DNA of 64,000 nucleotides from Iphione sp. A-MEVVRFRX5 (lineage: Eukaryota), in NCBI GenBank assembly GCA_976226885.1, contig OZ320316.1:63922001-63986000 (forward strand). The letters are read 5' to 3'. Positions 1 to 11,037 of the stretch are shown here, in pieces. Positions within the stretch are counted from its first letter, which is position 1. Each line of letters starts with the position of its first letter. The position numbers and the translations under genes are program-made. Below the pieces are notes generated by a model. It was not told the origin of the DNA. It made no database searches and saw only the letters and a program-made list of their open reading frames with translations.

Positions 1-1973
1 ATGCATATTAAAAAAGTGAGTTCAAAAGGCCAGTGCGGTAGAACAGGCTGGCAGTGGAGGATATTAGCCGCCTGGCGTTTCTTGATGTATGCTCGGCTGC
101 TAGGGGCAGCAGTGACCGTCAGTGGACACGCGGGCCCTGGCGGGGTCTTATGGTCTGCAGACGGGATTTGACTTACCGCCAATAGGTCCTCGACCTGCTA
201 GCCCCATCACTTGCTGTCGCGCTCCAGTAGGGCCTGACCCTGGAGGAACAGACCACCAGCACAAGGACCTCGGCATACTCTTCCTGTGCCTCTCCTCACC
301 CTGAGGTATTGGCACTTTGTAAATACATGTATTGCCTTCTTACCCAGACGATTCTTTTCTGAATAATTGATCTTTATTGCTTATCGAAATCCTATGCGCA
401 CCGCATTGTGTGCACCAGCAAAAATACATTTAAAATGGAAATTCATGGTCTAATCAATCATATACCGGTACACAATGATATATACGAGTATAGCGTTTCT
501 TACTGCATGGTTAAATCTTAAAGATATGAGATCCAATAGTGTACCTATGTACCTACCATACTATCCAGTCTAGAAGGAATGCAGAGCCCTCATATTCCTA
601 TTAAGTATACTTTAAGATTTCAGACTTGATTTGCCCTTTGAAATACCGCCGTTTCCTCTGCAATTCGTCCACAACAAATACAGCCGGCGTTGGCTACCGA
701 AACGGACAGTCGGACAAATAACAGAGGGCATAGGCAAGCAGTACTAGGAGAAGGCAAAAAGGTGCAATCTTTCTGAAAGCCAGACAGGTGGGCAGGAGAT
801 AGTGGCGGCGGTCGGTTATCAATCACCTGAAGGCTGTGCCTGTCACAAAGGTTCTGTTGGTTCTGGATTCCTCAGAGAATAGACGGAGCCAACTATACAG
901 GGTCGGCCCCAAGGCGAGTATAGTGGGCGCGCTGGGGGCCCGAGAGAGGGGTAAAAGGGTTCAGACGGGCAGACTAACTGATCAGTGGCAAGCCTGGGCG
1001 CACACCGTAAACAAAGGCGGCGCTAGTCAACGTTTAGATGAGCGCCGCTTGTGTCCAGCCCTTTGCAGTGGCAAACAGAGACAGCATGATCTAATGATCA
1101 TCATCGAAGCCCTGGAGTCCCCAAGGAGCTGGCTCGGCCGCGCTGGAAATAATGAAGTGACGATGACTCCTTATTATAAGAACTAATGCCGCTCCGCCTC
1201 TGGTATGATCTATCAAAGTCAGCCCCCGCCGCCGAAAGTATCTAACTTCATTTGTAGCCGGCCTTGCCACCATTTCGGGCACAATTTATCTAGGTTACCT
1301 CGCTCTTTAAACAAATCTCCTGGATGTCTGGTCGGCCGCCGTTCTGAGCAGGGATTTCCCTGGGACTAGGTAGCGCACCGCTTCCAGAATCAAATCAAAT
1401 TAGTCAATAAGAACGGGCATATATATTAACTGCGCTCTTATCGATTAATTTCTACGATTCAATTGGACACATTTGTTGTAGGGATACCGCTTCCCGTGCA
1501 AGTGGCCCTCCTTATTTGTGTCACCTTTGATAAGTACCAGGACGAAGTACACGTGTATGGAACTTGATAGGCTGAAGAGTGAAGGACTCGCTTTTAGCGA
1601 CTAACTTCCTCAGTATTTTTTTAACTAATTTCCGGGAAAGGGAGAAATGATGCAAATTACCGCTTATCATTAAAATCTTACCTCAACTACTGCGTTCTAC
1701 TCTTAGGGCTGATTTCCTTACCTCCGTCGGTGTCTGTGCATTGTGGGTCCATTTGAGTCTGTTTTTATTGAAACCATGATATCTATTGTAAGGTGTCAAT
1801 TGTGTCCATGTGTGGTAGTGTCTGTTTTGTGTCTGTTGCTCAATACGTGTCCCAGACCAATAATTTAATGCACACGGACACCAAATGGACAGTAGTATAC
1901 AGAAGATAGTCTTTGAATCAGGAAAAAAGGGTGAGTAAACATGCACATTAACTTACTGCACATTTATCCACAC

Positions 1974-2217
1974 TTTCTCCCTGAAATGTGCAATTTTTTG
2001 CACTTTCTCCATGGAATTTGCCACAATCTCCATGAACTTTCTCACTGAAATTTGCCGTTTTCCAGCACCTTCTCCATGGGATTTGCCACAATCTATATGA
2101 AATGGTAGTTTTTCTGCATTTCTCCATGAAGTTTGCTGTTTTATCATACATGTACATCTATCAAAGATCTATCATAGATTTCACGGATCATGAATGCACT
2201 TTCGATAGACACCCCTG
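1974..2217. repeat. Degenerate tandem array ending in a CAGGGG-type (hAT-like) terminus
   Basis: About 6 copies of TTTCTCC(A/C)TG(G/A)AATTTGCC in a ~65-bp higher-order duplication. Then CATCTATCAAAGATCTATCATAGATT (shared with about 41048-41082) and ...ACCCCTG at 2211-2217. Left terminus not identified. Confidence 0.5.
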
Positions 2218-2304
2218 TGCGTTAAGGTCCATGAGGGCAAAATGTATGTAAAACGCATGTTAACGCACACGGATGGCAAACGCTGCCTCAGGGACCTCAA
2301 CGCA
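2218..2304. repeat. Inverted repeat / mini-foldback, ~21-bp arms
   Basis: TGCGTTAAGGTCCATGAGGGCA (2218-2239) versus rc of 2284-2304, TGCGTTGAGGTCCCTGAGGCA. Confidence 0.65.
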
Positions 2305-3822
2305 TGTAAGGAAACGGGGCCTTACTCTATCAACTGAAGAAAATATACACATCACCCCAGATTGATACAGGAATACACTTGTAATCAACTGGTAAAGTCG
2401 ACTTGGACCTACACCTGGCGCAGTTAAGCACTTGGCTGAAGTCCTTCAAAGAATATTGGTCGATAATCACAAAGACTTAAAACACAAATGACCTGAGCCG
2501 TTATTCCACGCTGTGAAAATTAAGTTCCATCCGTCAAGACTAATCAGCTATTAGCGTTCTTTTTCTGCCAACGAACTAGGAGACAAAGGATAAGAGTCAC
2601 CAAAGCTGATTTATTTTCGTCCACTCTCTTGGACCGAGTTTAACTCCACTATTGGTAATTACATTGGTAAAACCGTGAATGAATTGTAATTACGTTCAGT
2701 AACTTAAGAATTCTACATTTGACGTGAAGGCAGATTCTATTAGGTATTGGTAGCTGATTCAAGTCCTTTTTTGACTGAAGGCATCCTCTTGAAATGTATT
2801 TCAATGGAAAAACCTAACAAACGTGAACTGAACTACATACATATACGCACATACAAACGTAAACGTTTCGATTTGAAAATCTAAAACAAATATAGCGTGA
2901 TTTCACGTACAACACGAACAATCATTCTTAGAATGCGTCAGCAGTAACCAGATATATATGTCAAAATACAGGTGCACGTTACGTTTTTAACTATATTTTC
3001 AGAAAGTCTTTTTTTCTCACCCAAAGGCCAAAATGATCGATAAATAAAGCATGAGAACGTATCAACTACATTGTACATGCCAAAGGAAACTGATGTCACC
3101 AGTTCGCAACTACACGTATATGAAGCTGAGATGGTTTTATATTTAACTGCAGAGAATGTCAGAGTGATAGCCTCTACGTGTAGTTTAAAATGCGCTTTAA
3201 ACGCTGTCAACAAATGATACCTACTGGATAAAACTGAATTTCATGAGAAGTGAAGGGAGGTTGTTAGAACATTTTAAAGGTAATGATGAACTTCAAGTTC
3301 AATCAGCAGATTGAACATTGCTTCATTCCTGGATATACATTCTCACCGCGTTCGCCTAGATAATCATGCCAATATACTGTAGATGAATTCGGGGCAAGAA
3401 CGTATATATATAACTGATACTAAGAATTCTAAATAAATAGGTGAAAACAATGCATCAGACTGACCTGCGATTCCTTACTGTACAACAGCTTCGGCCCCAC
3501 AAACTTATAATAAACCTAACACAAGTCTCATACTCAGAATCTTGTTATACACCTACTTTCCTATCTTACACAAGTTATCAGAACAGCGTTGTCTATGAAT
3601 TCTTAAATGCTCATAGTTCTATCTATACGAGACAGAGAGGTATTGTGTCCATAAGATCGGGATGATAGTCAGACAGTCAGAAGGTCAGACAGTCTAACAA
3701 CAGCATCTCTAAGGTTCCCTGGCTCGCCAACATCAAGGTAAAGTAGCATTATAGAGACTATATCCAGTACATGTGCACCACATGCTGACTATGGTGTTCA
3801 TCTGATCAATGATAAATAGAAA

Positions 3823-4291
3823 CACGGTTGCCACAAATACATGTAGTTGATTTCAAAATTCCCTGACTTTTCTCTGACAGATGATCAATTCAGCCTGACA
3901 AATTATTACAGAAATATATAGGAAAATGGTCTGCTACCACTGTGTCACTTCCTATTTACCACTGTCTTATGCATTCAAAATTCGTGGAGCAATTACGCAA
4001 AAAGATACATGTACATAGAAAATCTGAGGAGCAGCGAAATAAATCTGCAAGAAAACTGCAAAAAACTGAAAAACTGCAAAAAACTGAAAAATTAACTCAT
4101 ATTTATGTTTTGTTACTTCAAGAAGCTATTAAAAACAAAGCAACATTGCTTGGTATTATTCATATTCATATTGTCAAGTTAATATGACTGATTTTTTTAA
4201 TTAATGTGGATGAACTTTGGTATCTGAAAACATAAACTACTGACCAAATTTGAAATACATGTACCCCTTTTCCTATCCCGTGGAAATCATG
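3823..4291. mobile_element. Decayed hAT-like non-autonomous element
   Basis: CACGGTTGCCAC followed by AAATTCCCTGACTTTTCTCTGAC, a common CAGGGTTGCCAC..TTCCCTGAC end type. Weak right TIR GTGGAAATCATG (9/12). No 8-bp TSD. Contains an exact 18-bp duplication at 4052-4087. Confidence 0.35.
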
Positions 4292-5299
4292 TGTAATGGG
4301 TTAAAAAAGCTTGAGTTAATTTTGAGGACTGTACTAGTCATGCAGTCCACCCCATCAAGATTTTTTCGAGAACCTCCTGACAACCAAGTGTTGGTAATTC
4401 TAACTAGAGAAATAAAATCGACCAAAGGTACATAAATGATATGAATTTAAGATGTATAACATATCTGTGCAGAAGATGTGCGGTGAGAAATTGCTATAGA
4501 ATTTCGTGAACAGTTTCGACGTAACAAACAAACTACATGCACCTGTGAACTAAATTTATGAATCTAGATCGCAACTATAATGTTCTACAACGATGATTCA
4601 TTGCTTATTATGAGACGTACGGTTGTGTAAGGCATCCACATGGGTACTGCAAGTATATTACAAAGTTTGAGGGCCAAAAACTAACATAAGAAGAGGGAAT
4701 ATTTGAAGTACAGGAAATAGACTGTAAACTACATCATTGGTGAAAAGAGCGAGAGGTTCCCATATGAAAGAATTGTAGAGAGGTATCTGGAGAAACATAA
4801 CAGGTGGAATCATTCTGTATCAAAAACCTACTTCTGCTCTATTTCCTGAGTGTCTCATTGAGTGACAGGATTCAAATATGCATTGTGCGTATTATGAAAT
4901 GATCCGGCCTCTATATACTGGCATACAAAAGTGACTGTTGCCTCACTCATTTTGGGGAGCCCGTTCCATTAAGTACATTAATATATTAGGCGATGTTTTA
5001 ACGGTTGTGTCAAACTCCAAGAAAAATGAAGAATATTTATCATTAGTCATTTCATGAATAAAGATGATTAGGAAGGAAAGAGCTAATAACAATTACTTTC
5101 GAAGAAAAGATTTATGTAGTCCTTCTCGTTTATATCTAACCATCTCATTTTATTCTGCGCCAAATGCTCATTACTGTAATTTGTGTTCACACACCTGGAC
5201 GTTAAGGCATACAGGTGTACACAAGCATAATTACACGGCATATTACTTCCATATGTGTATAAACATACTGAACTACATATCAGGATATGGCGCAATGTA

Positions 5300-5465
5300 G
5301 AACATCCGTGTCCCTGTATTTTTTGAGTGTGGAGGGGGGGCAGGCAAAGGACGCGAGTAATGTTACTGATGTCATTTCTGATGTCAATTCAAGGACCGCT
5401 TCTAACCCACCCTATGCATACATGTAGCGCCTAAACGCACAAGAAATACAGGAACATCGATGTCC
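5300..5465. mobile_element. 166-bp inverted-repeat-bounded element (MITE-like)
   Basis: GAACATCCGTGTCCCTGTATTTTT versus rc GGACATCGATGTTCCTGTATTTCT (19/24). No clear TSD. Confidence 0.45.
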
Positions 5466-5544
5466 ATCCCAAGTCTTGTTGGTAAGAGTAAGAAAACGAT
5501 ATAAACTTAGAATTAATACTCTGTGTATACATGTATTCCACTTA

Positions 5545-5617
5545 GGCCCTGTTCACATGCACAGGTATTTCTCTGATCCATATCTGCACATGGGGACGGA
5601 TATTTTCTATCCTAGTC
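5545..5617 (+). mobile_element. Truncated family A MITE end
   Basis: TTA followed by GGCCCTGTTCACATGCA, plus CTGCACATGGGGACGGAT, which also occurs near the right end of the neighbouring copy. Confidence 0.4.
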
Positions 5618-5620
5618 TAA

Positions 5621-5912
5621 GGCACTGTTCACATGCATCCTGATTTTTATGTTCCGCACCTGCATTTTTCCAGCCTTCTCTCACCACTGTACTCATCCAC
5701 ATTTACTGATTTTTCCATGTCTGCAAGTGGGTGCGGATGTCTAACCAAAAAGCATGGGTTTGGTCTGGACACAGACGCAGATTCCATAGGAAGCAATGGT
5801 GAAACACATCTGCTACCCATATGGAGGCAATTAATATCAGGAAACAGCAGGGAGTGCCTCTGTGTCCGCACATGGGGCCGGATTTCTTGTCAGGCTGCAT
5901 GTGAAACATGCC
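5621..5912 (+). mobile_element. PIF/Harbinger-like MITE (family A)
   Basis: TIR GGCACTGTTCACATGCATCCTGA versus reverse complement of right end GGCATGTTTCACATGCAGCCTGA (19/23). Flanks are TAA/TTA. Central core CCATAGGAAGCAATGGTGAAACACATCTG at 5784-5812. Confidence 0.75.
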
Positions 5913-5924
5913 TTAACCATTACA

Positions 5925-6148
5925 CTCATTCACACTTCCTGATTTTTCTGTGTCTGCACACAGGTGCAGATGTCAAACCATTGGGGACGGATTTGGTCTG
6001 GATATGTATGCGGATTCCATAGGAAGCAATAGTAAAGAACATCTGGTTAACATATATAAGCAATTAAGTAACGGCCTCTGCAGGGGGGGGGGTGTCCACG
6101 TCTGCACACAGAGACGCATTTATCGTCAGGATGCATGTGAAACATGCA
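5925..6148 (+). mobile_element. Tandem partial duplicate of the family A MITE (right two-thirds)
   Basis: Collinear with about 5690-5912. Core CCATAGGAAGCAATAGTAAAGAACATCTGG at 6017-6046. Ends in TCAGGATGCATGTGAAACATGCA followed by TTA. Confidence 0.65.
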
Positions 6149-9100
6149 TTATTCTTATACACACAGCTTCAAAAAAAGCCCAGCTTGGAATAATTCTGCG
6201 ACCTCTCCACTGCCTTGTCAATGCCCAGGTACTTGTGAAGGTCGTCATTACAGGCATTACCATATGGTAATATTTCCCAACCCTCTGCTTGATAAGCGTA
6301 CGAAAGTCAAAGCCTGCCTATTTTGCATGGAAATATCCCTTTTACATTAGGTTTTCCCTTGCATGCACGGTTTTCCTCCTCCAGTCGCGCATCTTACCTC
6401 TTGCCGGCATCCACCTAGGGAGAGACTAACACAATAGAGGGCGTAAAGCGCACCATATTTGCTCTATTCGAAACGGGGTGATTGCTTGTCGTGGGCCTGC
6501 GGGGACGTCCGCCTGGCTGACGGTCAGAGACCGCCCCGGCCTGACCAGCCGCGGCGCCCAAGCGATGACCCTCTGCTAATGCCGTTGACTGCCGGCCCTC
6601 TGGCTGACCAGCTGAGACCAGAATCACCCACAGCCACGGTAACAACGCCGGTCAGTCGCAAGAGCGACGCGTCCTTCAGCGGCCATCAAATCTAAATGAC
6701 ATCTGATGGGCGCAAAACGGTATTGTAATGCACGGGCAGCATGCCTGTCGGAGGAAGTGGGCGGCGGATGACGGGATGAGAGTGGCACCATCGGCTCTAT
6801 TTATGGCCCTGCCAGAAAAGAGCCAACGTTAGAGACCCTAGCAGTGGCCGCGAGGGGACTACCACCACCATCCTTCCCACATGTCCACTTACATCGATTC
6901 CATTCAAATACCCGTGCGGCTATCTTACTACCAGATACACAAGTTTGCTTGGGCCTGTGACTGGCGACAATTCAGTTATGGAAAGGCATAAGATCAAAGG
7001 GCGCTTATGGAAACAATTTCAACATCAAAGACAACCCCAATTCGATGACCGATACACCATGCTTGGTCAGTGACATGGATGATCCACAAATGGGTGAGAT
7101 CAGCCCGACCAAAATACATGTATGTGCACAGTCAGGTCAACTACAAATGTCGATGTAAATGTACACGTGTATATAAAAAAAATATACACACCACTATCCT
7201 TGCAACAGCCTTCGTCCAAGAGAGAAGGACGAAGGATTCTTTAACAAATTCACTAGCTTTTCTATACAAACATTAGCACACATAGTTAGGACAGTCCTAA
7301 AGATACTATTGGAAATCACAGGAACACTATTCTGAACAAACTAAAGTCCAACAGAGATTTTTTTGTGGAAAGGATAGATTCTCGGACAATGTGCTTGGGT
7401 CTAGAAGCTTTTACAAGCAGGCATCTGTCGCAAGCGAAGTTCCCCAATCAGCAGAGATTTCACGTACTAGCGATTCGCCACATGCAGGGTTTCAAATGCA
7501 TCACAAAGTAATTACCTCTGCTGCCAGTAAAACAAATCAATCAATATTCATGCTCTAATCGGACTTGTCTCGTTAACTTTATACATGTATTTCAGACTTC
7601 AAAAGGTGCAGCATCGCCGACTCCGATGTATTTTCCAGTTGCCGAGCCATTTTGTCATTAGCTATGTCTTTTCTACACCGTGACCAAAGCTGATAACTAC
7701 GGTGTCCTACGGAGCGCATGGAATAGTATAATGTGGGCCTCTGTAAGCTTAAACGTAACTAGTTCCTGCCTGAGTGACTGAGGACGACGTCATGCTGCCT
7801 GCTACTGCTCAAAGCGTTACTCCTTGACAGCACATCAAAAAGCTGCTCCTTCGCTTTCCTGGCGTTCAATACGATCACTTTAGACCCGGCAGATTACTTT
7901 CATGCAGACAGTTCGCACCGTTCATGCACACATTATCACCAGATAGCCACTGAGACTTCACTTTTATCTCTCTGAGATCAAAACGGATCTCGTACTGAGA
8001 CACCTAGTGATCGTTCCATTCCAAACAATAATTGAAACTGACACTGACGTCAGTATTTCTTATTGCTCGCAGTCTAGAAGCTGCAGATATGGAATCATGT
8101 TTAATACAATTAAACCATTTCACGAACCAAAAACATAAGAATGCAATGCCTTCATAACGTGCTGAGTAAACGTAATTTCAAACATCGTTTAAAAATTCCC
8201 GTTATTTACTTTTTAACCATATGACTGAAAACAGAAAAGAATTGTTTTCATAATGCCTAAACATGTATCAAGTTACTGTTAACCCATTCGAAGAACGGTT
8301 CTTTGTCTCTTTTTCCGTGTTCAATTAGTGGTCTTCCAAAAGAAGCAAGAGCGTGGATTTATATGGACGCTTGTTGGAGACAGTTCGAACTTCTCTCCAC
8401 TGATGATCACTTAAACTACGAGTTCAAGAGGTAATGTACGTAACATTTTCTGCAACATGTATGAACAATGCATGCATTTGCAATTCATGAAGTCCTGCCT
8501 ACATGGAGGGCTCCTACGTGTGGAAAAAAAGTCCTAGAAATGCATTCCTTATTAATCTGAAATCTCTCATCTCGATTCCTCCTGGTCACTACGTTAAAAC
8601 TTATTAGGGACTCAGCCTTTCCTTGGATCTAGCTTCGTCACGCTCCAATTCCGCTTTATCCTCGCGCAGCGATTGGTCCAGCATTACAAGGCAAAAGGGA
8701 GACAACACAACCATTAACGCCTGGGTATTAGGCGCGCTGGCCCACCACATAAGGCGGCAAAGGCAAATGGTTTAATGCCTTTACTGATGGTGCATATTAA
8801 TAGGCTCAGCTGCAACCTCGGAAATTGGATCAATATCATCCGCGCGACTACTGATTCCCTAACGGGTGAAGCCACTGCGGATATTAATGACTCACTAGAT
8901 AAGGCTGACGAAGGCGGCAGACGATGGCCCCCTGCCTACGTGCCGCACCATTGTCCTAATCTCTTAATAACCGTCCGTAGGAATTCCCCTTGGGTTCTGT
9001 CGTCGTAGGTCGTAGGCACCGAGTCATGTCTGTCAGTCAAAGCAGAGTCCCTCCAGACCAACAATTACAGCTTGTCAGTAGAGGCACATTAAATTAATAC

Positions 9101-10057
9101 ACGCTCAATTTATGACCCATTGTCCCAGCCTCCCCCCCAGGTCCCGGCATCCCCCGGCTAGCAAGCTACAGGCCACTGCACAAACAGACAATGCAGATGA
9201 CCATGTCCTACAGCAGGGCACCCACTGGACGTGGCAGGGCACCGACACGCCCGTTGCTGTTTGCTAATGTTGGCCAAGATAGATGGCGAGCGGCACTTAG
9301 TATGACAGATGTGGTGATAATATCATCACTGAGCGCAAGTCGTCCCTACTCCAGTGGGGGGCCCGCGGCGACCGGGCAGGGCGCGCACCCGACGTCTATG
9401 ACGGATCTGCACCGGGTGATCTGCCAAGTCGACCGGGGCGGCCATCCATTCTGGCAAGCGCCCCGCCGCGTGCGATGCTCCCTCTTGTTTGTTTCATTAT
9501 CAATTTAGCATCAGTGTCCAGTGTCGCGCCTCAAATCTAAGCCTGGGATGAAATTGTGTGTAAAGTCAACCGTTGGATCCTCCCGGGATAAACAACATGT
9601 GTGAAACGCATGTGACGAGACTTGTATAGGACTGCACATGCGTGCAGGTATATGCATCGATGTCCGGTGATCTACAAACGCCAACCACCGACAGCGAGCA
9701 CGAACGACACTAACGGCCAGCCGCTAGGCGTTGTAACTGTCAACTCTATCAAGCAGATTTATTCATATACAAGTACATCAAACCAGACAATGTAATTATG
9801 TAGATGGTATGAAAAACAGGTCGGTGTTTGAGTTGTTCGCATGGGATATGACAGGGGGTGGCCGTTCTAGGACATGTTTGAGTTTCAGCTCCCAGTTAAC
9901 TTGTGACAGTTAGTACGATATACCAACAATAAAGAGAACTGTCTGGTGCATACTAAAAGCAGAGGATCGTACCATTCGAAACATTAACTACATTAAATAT
10001 ACTAAGTAAGTGTAATGTTGATATTAAATTAATACATAGAAAATATCAAGTAAATCG

Positions 10058-10150
10058 CTCTCAGTCTCTGTTTCTCTGCTTCTCTGTCTCTGTCTGTTTG
10101 TCTGTCTGTCTGTCTCTCTCTATCTGTCTATCTAGCTGTCTATCTATCTC
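10058..10150 (+). repeat. Compound microsatellite (TC)/(TCTG)/(TCTA)
   Basis: Direct reading. Confidence 0.85.
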
Positions 10151-10299
10151 AAACTCACAACTCAGTTTTTATTCCTCAAATTCTGTGCAACTCGGGTTAT
10201 TACTCATCAAACTATACAAAACTCAGGTTTTACTCCTCAAACTCACCATAACTCATTTTTCTCACTCCTCAAACTCACTACAAATCAGGTTTTACCTTC
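10151..10299 (+). repeat. Minisatellite, 5 units of 27-32 bp
   Basis: Units start at 10151, 10178, 10209, 10239 and 10271. Consensus is about AAACTCAC.CAACTCAGGTTTTACTCCTC. Confidence 0.8.
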
Positions 10300-10699
10300 A
10301 TATGATTCTTAAAGAGACATATTCTCCTACACTTTCAAATGACCGGTGCAGAATGCGGAAACGCTTGACCTTCAAATAGCTCTAGTTTCATGGGAATTAT
10401 GGTGGAGACGTCAGCTAGGTCAGTGCTATGAGACGATAGCTATCCAAACCATTGTGGGTGGACGAGTACAGACCAACATAATGAGCTATTTTTGTACAAG
10501 TATACTTGGTCTGTTGAAGGAATCCTCTGTAAAATAGTATCTTCCAAGAAAGAAAAACGTTTCACACTGGACGAAAAAAAAAAGATCCACAATGGCAGAA
10601 CACAAGTGACCTAAACTCGTTCTGGTGTCAGTGAATGAGTACATGTATGAAATCCACGTATCCCGTTTTTAAAAGGCGTTACAACAAGATATCGCTGAA

Positions 10700-11037
10700 T
10701 AGGCTATTTGCCGATGTCGTGGCGTTTGCTCTACAACTGACTGAGAGGTCGCAGGTTCAATCCCGGGCTTGGGACTCTTGATCACGACCAGACAGATTTA
10801 CTGTAGCCCCAACCCAGAGTGGTCCACAACTCGTAAAAAGGCCGTGGGTGTATAGGATTCTATCCCCTATGCACAAAAAGACCCCAGAAACCTATTCGAA
10901 ATAAGAGTAGGGGACAACCCCGGGTATTCTGGTCTCTCAATTCTCAACAATAGATGGTAGTATGCTACCCCAAGAGCTCTGTCATGTGATGGAGAATATC
11001 TAGTTCCTGGTTAAAGATACAATGAAATGAAATGAAA
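10700..11037 (+). mobile_element. tRNA-derived SINE with Meta-like central domain and (TGAAA)n tail
   Basis: Pol III B box GGTTCAATCCC at 10754-10764 after a degenerate tRNA-like head. Core AAAGGCCGTGG..TGCACAAAAAGACCCC..TTCGAAATAAGAGTAGGGG..CCCCGG (about 10835-10925) resembles the MetaSINE domain as I recall it. Tail AATGAAATGAAATGAAA at 11021-11037. No TSD seen. Confidence 0.75.

Noticed and set aside
178-304. Minus-strand segment ending in GCG|GTAAGT as the next Fat exon
   Set aside because: None of the three frames gives cadherin motifs, and there is no good acceptor.
10700-10770. Possible tRNA gene
   Set aside because: B box is present but no intact cloverleaf or A box; it continues into a SINE body and tail.
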